IMG/VR virus record: IMGVR_UViG_3300010885_004110
Location: 32,001 to 96,000 of that record
DNA from: a virus
Length of the DNA: 64,000 nucleotides
Direction: 5' to 3' (one strand)
Below, in pieces: positions 28,501-37,016 of this stretch. Under the pieces are notes generated by a model. The model saw only the letters and a program-made list of their open reading frames with translations. It did no database searches and was not told where the DNA came from. Made by a program: the position numbers and the translations under genes. Positions within the stretch are counted from its first letter, which is position 1; each line of letters begins with the position of its first letter.

Positions 28501-30118
28501 TCAAAACCCAGACTTGGTAAATGACCCAGCAGTAGCAGCTGAAGTTAGTGCTTGGTACATGAAGAAAGGCAAGTCAGCAATGGCTGCTAAAATGGGCATA
28601 GACGAAAAGAATATGTCTCAAGGTGATGCTAACTTATTAGCAACTAGTCAAATTGCAGGTGGTGATGTCCGCAAAAAAGGTAGTTACCTAGCCGGCGAAG
28701 TAATGAATAAAGTTACTGCATATTCTGGACAAATGGCTGGTATTGCCGGAACAGCCCCAAGTGCAGAAGCAGCAACAGCGTTAGCAGCTAATAAAAAATT
28801 ACCAGCAGCAGCACCGGTTGTTGCGGCAGCAGCACCGGTCGTTGCAGCAGCACCTCCAACAGATAAAAAATTACCAGCAGCAGCACCGGTTGTTGCGGCA
28901 GCACTGCCGACAGATAAAAATAAGACAGATGCAGCTAACCCAATGGCTAAAGATCCATCACAACAAGTAGCCACAGCACAACCAACAGATAAGAATAAGA
29001 AAGATACTGCACTAGCACAGCCAGTTGGACAGCAGACTGCTCCCGGTAATAATAACTATGATTTTGGAATGTCAGTTGCAATTGCCGGACAAACATTCCA
29101 GGCAGCGGTATTAAAAAGTGCTCAACTAATTGATACTACTTTTGGAAAATTTAGTGCTTCTTTTGATAAAACAAAATCAGTATCGCCTAATGAAACAAAT
29201 GCAAAAGTAGCAAATGAGAATTTGCAGAAAAGTATTGATAGTACTTTTGGAAAATTTAGTACTGATGTTACATCAATGTCAACTGATGCAACAATGGCCA
29301 ATGCCGCAAATCAAAACTTACAGAAAAGTATTGATAGTACTTTTGGAAATTTTAGTACTGATTTTGCAAAGATGTCATCAACTTCAACAATGGCCAATGC
29401 GGCAAATGAAAATTTACAGAAGAGTATTGATGCCACTCTTGGAAATTTTAGCACTGATTTTGCAACTATATCATCTGATAAAACACCGGCCGACACGGGA
29501 CCTAGTAATCTACAAAAAATTATAGATAGTATTGTTGGAAATTTTAGTTCGTTGTTTGATAACACAAAAGTAGAATCACCTGATATAAATCTAGCAAATG
29601 AAAATTTACAGAAAAGTATGGATACTGCTTTTGGAAATTTTAGTTCGTTGTTTGATAACACAAAAGTAGAACAGCCTGACACAACAGCATTATCAGATAA
29701 TACAAAAGAATTATTAACAAGTGCTCAGATGATTGATACTACTTTTGGAAAAGTTGGATCACTATTTGAAAAAACACAATTATCTTCACCGGACGCATCA
29801 ACTGCAACCGCAACAGTTTCAGCAGATACAACAAAAGCATTAATAGAAAAAATGTTTGCAGACAGCCAAACACAATTAGCCCAACTACAAACAATAAAAG
29901 ACTCAAAAGCAAGTGATACTGAAACTAAACCTGGACCAGGAACAGGAGCTCCGGGTGCCGGTGGAGTTTCAACTCTTAATGAAGTGGTAGCTAGTTTAGA
30001 AATGTTAAATAAACAGATAGGACAATTAATTGGTATAAGTAGAACTACCGCCGATTTAAATGAAAGTCAGCTACGTGTACAAAAGAACATGGGTGGTGAC
30101 ATGTTCTTATCAGCTTAA
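25544..30118 (+). CDS. Tape-measure-like tail protein with an internal GH19 (chitinase/lysozyme-like) domain
   Basis: Long Ala/Lys helical N-terminal half and Gly-rich hydrophobic segment; GH19 motifs MKETGG...ENLDYS...[25 protein letters not shown]...LVQNPDLV; adjacent to the chaperone gene. Confidence 0.78.
   Translation: [1524 protein letters not shown]
28790..28920 (+). repeat. Short coding duplication ([13 protein letters not shown] x2)
   Basis: aaaaaattaccagcagcagcaccggttgttgcggcagca occurs twice. Confidence 0.8.
29125..29760 (+). repeat. 96-nt (32-aa) tandem repeats in the tape-measure C-terminus
   Basis: Units start at about 29211, 29307, 29403, 29499 and 29595 ([17 protein letters not shown]...), with degenerate flanking copies. 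Confidence 0.85.
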
Positions 30119-30129
30119 CGGAATAACGC

Positions 30130-31830
30130 ATGTCTTGGAAAAAATATTTTACACCAGTAAACGTCGATAACCAAAGGGGCAACATAAGCCCAATTGGCAG
30201 TGGCGGCCGCCCCGGCCCTGCTAGATCAAACTATTCTAGCTTTTTACCCGATGTATATGCCGGAGCACCGAATCGTGTTGACAAATATATGCAATACGAC
30301 ACTATGGATATGGACAGTGAGGTTAATGCTGCTCTAGACATTCTTGCAGAATTCTGTACACAAAAAGACAAAGAAAACTCAACAGCCTTTCATATTTTCT
30401 TTAGAGGACAACCAACTTCAACTGAAGTTAAATTAATCAAAGAAAGTCTTCAAAAGTGGAGTAAACAACAAAAATTTGAAACTAGGATTTTCCGTATTGT
30501 ACGCAATGCATTCAAATACGGAGACTGTTTCTTTATTCGTGATCCACAGACTCTAAAATGGTTATTTGTTGATGCAGCTAAAGTTAGCAAAATTATTGTT
30601 AATGAAAGTGAAGGTAAAGTTCCCGAACAATATGTAGTTAGAGATATAAACTTTAATTTCAAAGAGTTAATCGCAGTAACGCCACACGGTACTACCAATA
30701 CAGCACCCAGTGGTACTAGTTCTTACACTAGTGGAGGAGGAGGCGGTAGAGGTATGGTAGGTTCGGCAGCACAGCCTCCAGGCACTCGTTTTAGTAATCA
30801 AACTAACGAAGTTACAGTTGATGCTAAAAATGTTGTACATATTAGTCTAAGCGAAGGGTTAGATAACAATTATCCGTTTGGTAATTCGTTATTAGAATCA
30901 GTATTCAAAGTCTACAAGCAGAAAGAATTGCTTGAAGATGCTATTATTATCTATCGTATACAACGTGCTCCGGAACGTAGAATCTTCTATATTGACGTAG
31001 GTAATATGCCAGCACACATGGCTATGAGTTTTGTAGAACGTGTTAAAAATGAAATACATCAACGCAGAATTCCTAGTTCAACAGGTGGTGGCACTAATAT
31101 GGTTGATGCTAGCTACAACCCACTGTCAGCATCGGAAGATTACTTTTTCCCGCAAACAGCAGAAGGCCGTGGATCAAAAGTTGATACATTACCGGGCGGC
31201 ACTAATCTAGGTGAAATTACAGACTTACGTTATTTTACCAATAAGTTATTCCGTGCGTTACGCATCCCTAGTAGCTACTTGCCAACGTCAGTTGATGATG
31301 CAAGTAACACAGTAGCTGACGGAAAAGTTGGAACAGCTTATATTCAAGAGCTACGTTTTAACAAATACTGCGAACGTTTACAATCAATGGTTGTAGAAAC
31401 ATTCGACGAAGAATTTAAATATTGGTTAGTAAACAATGGTATTAACATTGATAACAGCATATTTGAATTAAAGTTTAATCCACCACAGAATTTTGCGGCT
31501 TATCGTCAAAGCGAGTTAGATACTACTCGTGCAGCTACGTTTGCTACTTTACAAGAAATACCGCATTTAAGTAAACGATTTGCATTAAAACGATACTTAG
31601 GATTAACCGAAGAAGAGATTAAAGAAAACGAAAAATTATGGCGTGAAGAAAACGGCAAAAATCTTAAACCTACAATAGATGCTAGTGGGCAAATGAGAAG
31701 TGTTGGTATTACGCCCGGTGGAATGGAAGCTGAAGTAGGCGGTCAAGATGCCGAAGCAGACATGGAAGCACCCCCAGAAACAGGGGAGCAGCCAGCTGAA
31801 GCAGCGACCCCAGATCAAGTAGTACAGTAA
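30130..31830 (+). CDS. gp20: Portal vertex protein, gp20
   Basis: LLEDAIIIYRIQRAPERRIFYIDVGNMP, EDYFFP, LPGGTNLGEITDLRYF, ALRIPSSYL. Confidence 0.96.
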   Translation: MSWKKYFTPVNVDNQRGNISPIGSGGRPGPARSNYSSFLPDVYAGAPNRVDKYMQYDTMDMDSEVNAALDILAEFCTQKDKENSTAFHIFFRGQPTSTEVKLIKESLQKWSKQQKFETRIFRIVRNAFKYGDCFFIRDPQTLKWLFVDAAKVSKIIVNESEGKVPEQYVVRDINFNFKELIAVTPHGTTNTAPSGTSSYTSGGGGGRGMVGSAAQPPGTRFSNQTNEVTVDAKNVVHISLSEGLDNNYPFGNSLLESVFKVYKQKELLEDAIIIYRIQRAPERRIFYIDVGNMPAHMAMSFVERVKNEIHQRRIPSSTGGGTNMVDASYNPLSASEDYFFPQTAEGRGSKVDTLPGGTNLGEITDLRYFTNKLFRALRIPSSYLPTSVDDASNTVADGKVGTAYIQELRFNKYCERLQSMVVETFDEEFKYWLVNNGINIDNSIFELKFNPPQNFAAYRQSELDTTRAATFATLQEIPHLSKRFALKRYLGLTEEEIKENEKLWREENGKNLKPTIDASGQMRSVGITPGGMEAEVGGQDAEADMEAPPETGEQPAEAATPDQVVQ

Positions 31831-31836
31831 TAAATA
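31830..31836 (+). promoter_or_regulatory. Late promoter box ATAAATA (leaderless context)
   Basis: Only 4 nt before ATG 31841; no SD sequence. Confidence 0.5.
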
Positions 31837-31840
31837 CATT

Positions 31841-32092
31841 ATGCTTCTACTAGAGTTCCTTTATTTTAATGATAACAACAACGACTTTGCAGTTGATCGT
31901 CGCTACGACAACGCCAATGATAGATCTGTGGTTAAGAAAAGCGACACCAGAAAAATTCGCTTGACTTTAAGACAACTAAATCAATTGAGAATGCAAAGCG
32001 AAGCACATGAATATGAGCAAGAAAGTGAGCTAGGCTTTGTAGGACAAATGTACGGGGCCCAAGCAAGTGCAGAAGAACAACCAGCAGCATAA
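31841..32092 (+). CDS. Small head-module hypothetical protein
   Basis: 83-aa ORF between the portal and core genes (DTRKIRLTLRQLNQLR...QMYG). Confidence 0.7.
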   Translation: MLLLEFLYFNDNNNDFAVDRRYDNANDRSVVKKSDTRKIRLTLRQLNQLRMQSEAHEYEQESELGFVGQMYGAQASAEEQPAA

Positions 32093-32711
32093 TCCAGCAT
32101 TTGTGTTGGGGAATGGTACTAGTAGAGCTAATTTAAACCATCAGCTATTGTTAGACAAAGGCATTGTTTATGCCTGTAATGCAATGTATCGAGAGTTTGA
32201 ACCGCATTATTTAATAGCTGTAGATGTTAAAATGGTTAATGAAATCATAGCTAGCGGCTATCATAAAACACATGCGGTATGGACAAACCCTAATAAAGGG
32301 GTTTCTACAAAACACCATATAAACATTTTTAATCCACATAAAGGTTGGAGCTCGGGTCCAACAGCACTGAACTTTTCAGCATCTCATAGCCACAAATTAA
32401 TATACATATTTGGTTTTGACTATCAAGGTGTAAATGGAAAATTTAACAATGTATATGCAGATACATTTAACTACAAGAAAAGCACAGATTCTGCAACATT
32501 TCACGGTAACTGGCTAAGTCAAACAGAAAAAACAATTCGAGATTTTAGGCATACTAATTTTGTTAGAGTTATTAATTCTGGAGATTTTATACCAGATCAA
32601 TTACATCAACAGCATTTACCTAATCTACGACACATGACTTATGAAGAATTTGGAAAAATATATCCGGAATGTATTTACAATGCCGAAACTCTTCAAAAAA
32701 GTACCATTTAA
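32067..32711 (+). CDS. DUF115/Maf-like or sialyltransferase-like Rossmann-fold protein
   Basis: AFVLGNGTSR, YACNAMYR, PHYLIAVD, SSGPTAL, IYIFGFD motif series. Confidence 0.55.
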   Translation: MQKNNQQHNPAFVLGNGTSRANLNHQLLLDKGIVYACNAMYREFEPHYLIAVDVKMVNEIIASGYHKTHAVWTNPNKGVSTKHHINIFNPHKGWSSGPTALNFSASHSHKLIYIFGFDYQGVNGKFNNVYADTFNYKKSTDSATFHGNWLSQTEKTIRDFRHTNFVRVINSGDFIPDQLHQQHLPNLRHMTYEEFGKIYPECIYNAETLQKSTI

Positions 32712-32733
32712 CCATAGATTGTAATCATAGTGT

Positions 32734-32739
32734 TAAATA
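32734..32739 (+). promoter_or_regulatory. Late promoter box TAAATA
   Basis: Upstream of AAGGAG RBS and ATG 32776. Confidence 0.55.
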
Positions 32740-32775
32740 AAGACACAGCCTAACCATCTTGAAGGAGATTATAGC

Positions 32776-33675
32776 ATGGCAGACAAATCATTATTAGAAC
32801 AAATGCTTGAACGTTTAGTAAACGACGATCAAGCTAAAGCAGAAGAATTATTCCACGAGTACGTAGTAGCAAAGTCACGTGAAATCTATGAAAATCTTAT
32901 CGAAGCCGAAATGACCGGCGATGAAGATGATACAGGTGAAGCAGACGATACAGACGTTGATGAGAATTTTGAAAATGCTGCATTTGAAGGCGACGACGAA
33001 GACACTGACGACTTTGGTGGTCCAAGCGGTGACATGGGCGACGATCTAGAAGGCGAGTTAGACGGCGAAGGCGACCTAGGCGATAAAGAGCCAGGCGAAT
33101 TATTTCAAGACCTAAGTGCTATTGTAGATGAACTACAAGCTAAGTTTGATGCACAAGGCATGGGCGGCGATCACAGCGAGCCTGATATGGACAATATGGG
33201 TGGACCAAGTGACCACGATGCAGACAATGAAAATTTTGACTTAGCAACAGTACGTGAGTATGTTGACAAAGTTCCAGGTGGCCACGGTGCTGAGAAGAAA
33301 GGACAAGCTGAAGGTCAATTCAGCGGTACAGGTTCACTAAGCGACAAGCCAAGTGTAAACACTAAGCCAATCGTTGCAGGTAAAAACGACATGGGCGGCA
33401 CAGCAGGTAATATTGCTCAGAGCAAAGAAGAAGCTGCAAAGTTTGCCGGTGCAGGTGGCGGACAACTAAGCGGTTCTAGCTTATTCAAAGGCACACCAAA
33501 AGAAAATAACGCAGGTAATATCAATGTTCCAGGCGGCAAGGCAGGTTCAGCTTTCTCTAAGAAAGAACCAGGTCACGGCGCTGAGAAAAAAGGTCAAGGT
33601 GAAGGTCAGTTCAGCGGTAAAGGCGGATCTGCAGGCAGCACCGAGACTACAAGTCTTTTCCGTGGTCGTAGATAA
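32776..33675 (+). CDS. Acidic prohead core protein (gp67/gp68-like position)
   Basis: Very acidic N-terminal half, low-complexity C-terminal half, located between portal and protease. Confidence 0.6.
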   Translation: MADKSLLEQMLERLVNDDQAKAEELFHEYVVAKSREIYENLIEAEMTGDEDDTGEADDTDVDENFENAAFEGDDEDTDDFGGPSGDMGDDLEGELDGEGDLGDKEPGELFQDLSAIVDELQAKFDAQGMGGDHSEPDMDNMGGPSDHDADNENFDLATVREYVDKVPGGHGAEKKGQAEGQFSGTGSLSDKPSVNTKPIVAGKNDMGGTAGNIAQSKEEAAKFAGAGGGQLSGSSLFKGTPKENNAGNINVPGGKAGSAFSKKEPGHGAEKKGQGEGQFSGKGGSAGSTETTSLFRGRR

Positions 33676-33687
33676 TAGGACGCAGAG

Positions 33688-34314
33688 GTGAAAAATTACC
33701 TAAGCGAACATTTGAATTTCGACCAAGCCAAGATTGTTTTGGAGAGCGAAGGTGAGGGCGACGTAAAGTCGCTACACATGAATGGTATCTGTATCCAGGG
33801 TGATATCCGAAATCAGAACCAGCGTGTTTATTCTTCTCAAGAAATTGGCAGGGCTGTCAAGACGCTCAACGAACAGATCGAAGGTGGATATTCAGTTTGC
33901 GGGGAATTAGATCATCCGGCGGATTTAAAAATAAATCTAGATCGTGTTAGTCATATGATTACCAAGATGTGGATGGACGGTCCTAACGGCTACGGAAAAC
34001 TTAAAATAATCCCGACTCCAATGGGTCAATTAGTGACCACAATGTTGCAGTCGGGTGTTAAGTTAGGTGTATCAAGCAGGGGTTCTGGTGAAGTAGACGG
34101 CGATGGTAATGTCAAAGGTTTTGAGATTATCACTGTTGATATTGTAGCGCAACCTTCCGCCCCGGGAGCATACCCAACACCAGTATACGAACATTTAATG
34201 AATACATTAGGTGGAAATAAGGCATATAAAATAGCACAAGAAGTTCAAGGCGACCCTAAGGCACAGAAATACCTAGCAGAGAGTCTGATGAGAATCATCA
34301 GAGGTCTCAAATAA
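33688..34314 (+). CDS. gp21: Prohead protease, gp21
   Basis: NQNQRVY, GELDHP, VSHMI, GVSSRGSG, DIVAQPSAPGAY. Confidence 0.95.
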   Translation: MKNYLSEHLNFDQAKIVLESEGEGDVKSLHMNGICIQGDIRNQNQRVYSSQEIGRAVKTLNEQIEGGYSVCGELDHPADLKINLDRVSHMITKMWMDGPNGYGKLKIIPTPMGQLVTTMLQSGVKLGVSSRGSGEVDGDGNVKGFEIITVDIVAQPSAPGAYPTPVYEHLMNTLGGNKAYKIAQEVQGDPKAQKYLAESLMRIIRGLK

Positions 34315-34329
34315 CAGTAGGAGAATCAC

Positions 34330-35421
34330 ATGCTAGACATCGTAAAACAATTGTTTGAGAACAATGTGATTTCCGAAGAAATCAAATCGGAAATTGAAAA
34401 CAGCTGGTCACAGCGAATTCAAGAAAACCGTGAACAAGTCACAGCAACACTTCGTGAAGAATTTGCTCAGAAGTATGAGCACGATAAAAATACAATGGTC
34501 GAAGCCGTAGAATCCATGTTAACAGACCGCTTACAAGCGGAGTTAGGTGAATTGGCTGAAGATCGTCAAACTTTAATCGACGCAAAAGCACGTTACGCAG
34601 CTAAGATGGGTCAAGATTCCACCGCAATGGAATCTTTTATCTTGAATAATCTACGTAAAGAACTTAGCGAACTACACGAAGATCGTAAGGCAGTTGCAAA
34701 TAATGTTGCAAAATTAGAATCTTTTATTGTGGATGCACTAGCGAAAGAAATCGCAGAATTCCACTCTGACAAACAAGACTTAGCTGAAACTAAAGTCAAA
34801 TTGGTTCGCGAAAGCAGAGCCAAGTTTGAAACAATTAAGAAAGATTTTATTCAGCGTTCAGCAAAAATCGTTCAGGAAACAGTCGCAAAAGGACTTAAAT
34901 CTGAAATGGTTCAGCTACGTGAAGACATTGATGCTGCCCGTAGAAACGACTTTGGTCGCAGAATTTTTGAATCGTTTGCTAGCGAATACGCTGCAAGTCA
35001 TCTCAATGAGAAATCAGAAACAGTTAAACTTATAAAAGCATTTGCCGTAAAAGAGCAAGAGCTTGAGCAAGCTGCAAAGATTGTTGCAGAGTCACAAAAG
35101 TTAGTAGAAAGTAAGAATGCAGAATTACGCATCGCAAGAGATATGGCAACTCGCAAGGAAGTTATGGGCGAATTGTTAGGGCCATTGGGCGGCGACAAGC
35201 GTGTAGTAATGAAAGAATTACTAGAAAGTGTTCAGACAGAAAAATTACGTAATGCTTACGACAAGTATCTACCATCAGTAATGAATGGTGCGGCACCGGC
35301 GAAGAAAGCACTTACAGAAGGCAAAGAAATTACAGGCGATAAGAAGGCACAACAACTCAGTGGTGAGGAAAAAACCGCTGAAATTTTTGACATCCGCAGG
35401 CTTGCGGGACTTAAAGTTTAA
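34330..35421 (+). CDS. gp22: Prohead scaffolding protein, gp22-like
   Basis: Coiled-coil, Glu-rich, FGRRIFESFASEY motif; between gp21 and gp23. Confidence 0.82.
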   Translation: MLDIVKQLFENNVISEEIKSEIENSWSQRIQENREQVTATLREEFAQKYEHDKNTMVEAVESMLTDRLQAELGELAEDRQTLIDAKARYAAKMGQDSTAMESFILNNLRKELSELHEDRKAVANNVAKLESFIVDALAKEIAEFHSDKQDLAETKVKLVRESRAKFETIKKDFIQRSAKIVQETVAKGLKSEMVQLREDIDAARRNDFGRRIFESFASEYAASHLNEKSETVKLIKAFAVKEQELEQAAKIVAESQKLVESKNAELRIARDMATRKEVMGELLGPLGGDKRVVMKELLESVQTEKLRNAYDKYLPSVMNGAAPAKKALTEGKEITGDKKAQQLSGEEKTAEIFDIRRLAGLKV

Positions 35422-35432
35422 GGAGAACTACA

Positions 35433-36605
35433 ATGTCACAACTACTCGAGTCACGCTGGTCGGAAACCAAAGAGGCACTATTAGAAGGCCTAAATGGTAA
35501 CAAGCGTACAGTTATGGCTACTACTCTGGAAAATACCCGCAAGTATTTGGCAGAAAGTGCTACTGCTGGAGCTACATCCGCCGGCAACGTTGCAACACTT
35601 AACCGTGTTATTCTACCCGTCATCCGACGTGTAATGCCAACCGTTATCGCTAACGAGTTGGTAGGTGTCCAGCCTATGACTGGACCAGTTGGTCAAATTC
35701 ACACTCTACGTGTACGCTATGCAGATAGCTTCACAGGTAGCGCAGGTGGATCTGCCACTGCAGGTGAAGAAGCATTAAGCCCATTCAAAATCGCAGAAGG
35801 CTATTCTGGTAACACAAGCGGCAAAGCTGACGCTACTGCTGCTAAAGAAGGCGCTGCTGGTAACAGAATGAGCATCCAAATCTTGAAACAAACCGTCGAA
35901 GCTAAGACACGTAAATTGTCTGCTCGTTGGACTTTCGAGGCTGCTCAAGATGCACAAGCCCAACAAGGCATTGACATCGAAGCAGAAATTATGGCTGCTT
36001 TGGCACAAGAAATTACTGCTGAAATCGACCAAGAAGTTCTACGTAGCTTGGCTACATTAGCTTCTGGTGCTGGTAACACAGTAGCATACGATCAGACAGC
36101 AGTGTCTGGTACAGCTACATTCGTTGGTGACGAGCATGCCGCATTGGCAGTTGCTATCAACCGTGTATCTAACACAATCGCTCAACGCACACGTCGTGGT
36201 GCAGGTAACTGGGCAGTTGTTTCCCCAACAGCATTGACAATTCTACAAAGTGCTACAACTTCTGCGTTCGCAAGAACAACAGAAGGTACATTCGAAGCAC
36301 CTACAAACACTAAGTTTGTTGGTACATTGAATAGCGCAATGAAGATCTATGTTAACACATATGCTGATGATGATACAGTTCTAGTTGGTTTCAAAGGCTC
36401 TTCTGAGTCTGATGCAGCAGCATTCTATTGCCCATACATTCCATTGATGAGCAGTGGTGTTGTTCTTGATCCATCTACTTTCGAACCAGTCGTTTCATTC
36501 ATGACACGTTATGGTTATGTTGAGTTAACAAACACAGCATCTTCTCTAGGTAACGCAGCTGACTACCTAGGTCGCGTAACAGTAGCAGGTGCATCATTTA
36601 CCTAA
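35433..36605 (+). CDS. gp23: Major capsid protein, gp23
   Basis: LVGVQPMTGPVGQIHTLR, VEAKTRKLSARWTFEAAQD, EITAEIDQE, FYCPYIPL, FMTRYG. Confidence 0.97.
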   Translation: MSQLLESRWSETKEALLEGLNGNKRTVMATTLENTRKYLAESATAGATSAGNVATLNRVILPVIRRVMPTVIANELVGVQPMTGPVGQIHTLRVRYADSFTGSAGGSATAGEEALSPFKIAEGYSGNTSGKADATAAKEGAAGNRMSIQILKQTVEAKTRKLSARWTFEAAQDAQAQQGIDIEAEIMAALAQEITAEIDQEVLRSLATLASGAGNTVAYDQTAVSGTATFVGDEHAALAVAINRVSNTIAQRTRRGAGNWAVVSPTALTILQSATTSAFARTTEGTFEAPTNTKFVGTLNSAMKIYVNTYADDDTVLVGFKGSSESDAAAFYCPYIPLMSSGVVLDPSTFEPVVSFMTRYGYVELTNTASSLGNAADYLGRVTVAGASFT

Positions 36606-36626
36606 TCTAAAAATTAGGTTAAAGTC

Positions 36627-36650
36627 AAAAAGGACCTTCGGGTCCTTTTT
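36627..36650 (+). terminator. Rho-independent terminator after gp23
   Basis: AAAAAGGACC-TTCG-GGTCCTTTTT (cUUCGg tetraloop). Confidence 0.92.
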
Positions 36651-36672
36651 GTTTGACTTAAATATCTAAGTT

Positions 36673-36942
36673 ATGCAAATAGAAAGCGATAAAGATTTTC
36701 AACAACTACGTAATCAATTTAATGCGTGGCGTAGTCGATTTCCTATGTTTACTCATGATGTACGTCAAATTGAAAAAATTATAGATTTTCACATACAACA
36801 GCACAGTAAAATTATGGTGTTGTATAGACAAACACACAACAAAAGTTATCTAGAAAAAGCCCAATTAGAAATAGATGCTATCAATCAAGTTATAGCTACA
36901 GTGGAAAAATTGGAGTTAGTGGCTATGCTGAGTCGCGGATAA
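36673..36942 (+). CDS. Hypothetical protein (89 aa)
   Basis: ORF preceded by TAAATA at 36659-36664. Confidence 0.65.
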   Translation: MQIESDKDFQQLRNQFNAWRSRFPMFTHDVRQIEKIIDFHIQQHSKIMVLYRQTHNKSYLEKAQLEIDAINQVIATVEKLELVAMLSRG

Positions 36943-37016
36943 ATAAAGTATCTAGAAATGATTGCGCGGCGCCACCGTGCAGGACCTAGAACGTCACTCA
37001 ACCAGGAGAAAATCAA
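36939..37016 (+). promoter_or_regulatory. Late promoter plus structured 5' leader
   Basis: ATAAATA at 36939-36945; nested stems TCTAG/CTAGA and TGCGCGG/CCGTGCA; AGGAG RBS. Confidence 0.5.
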
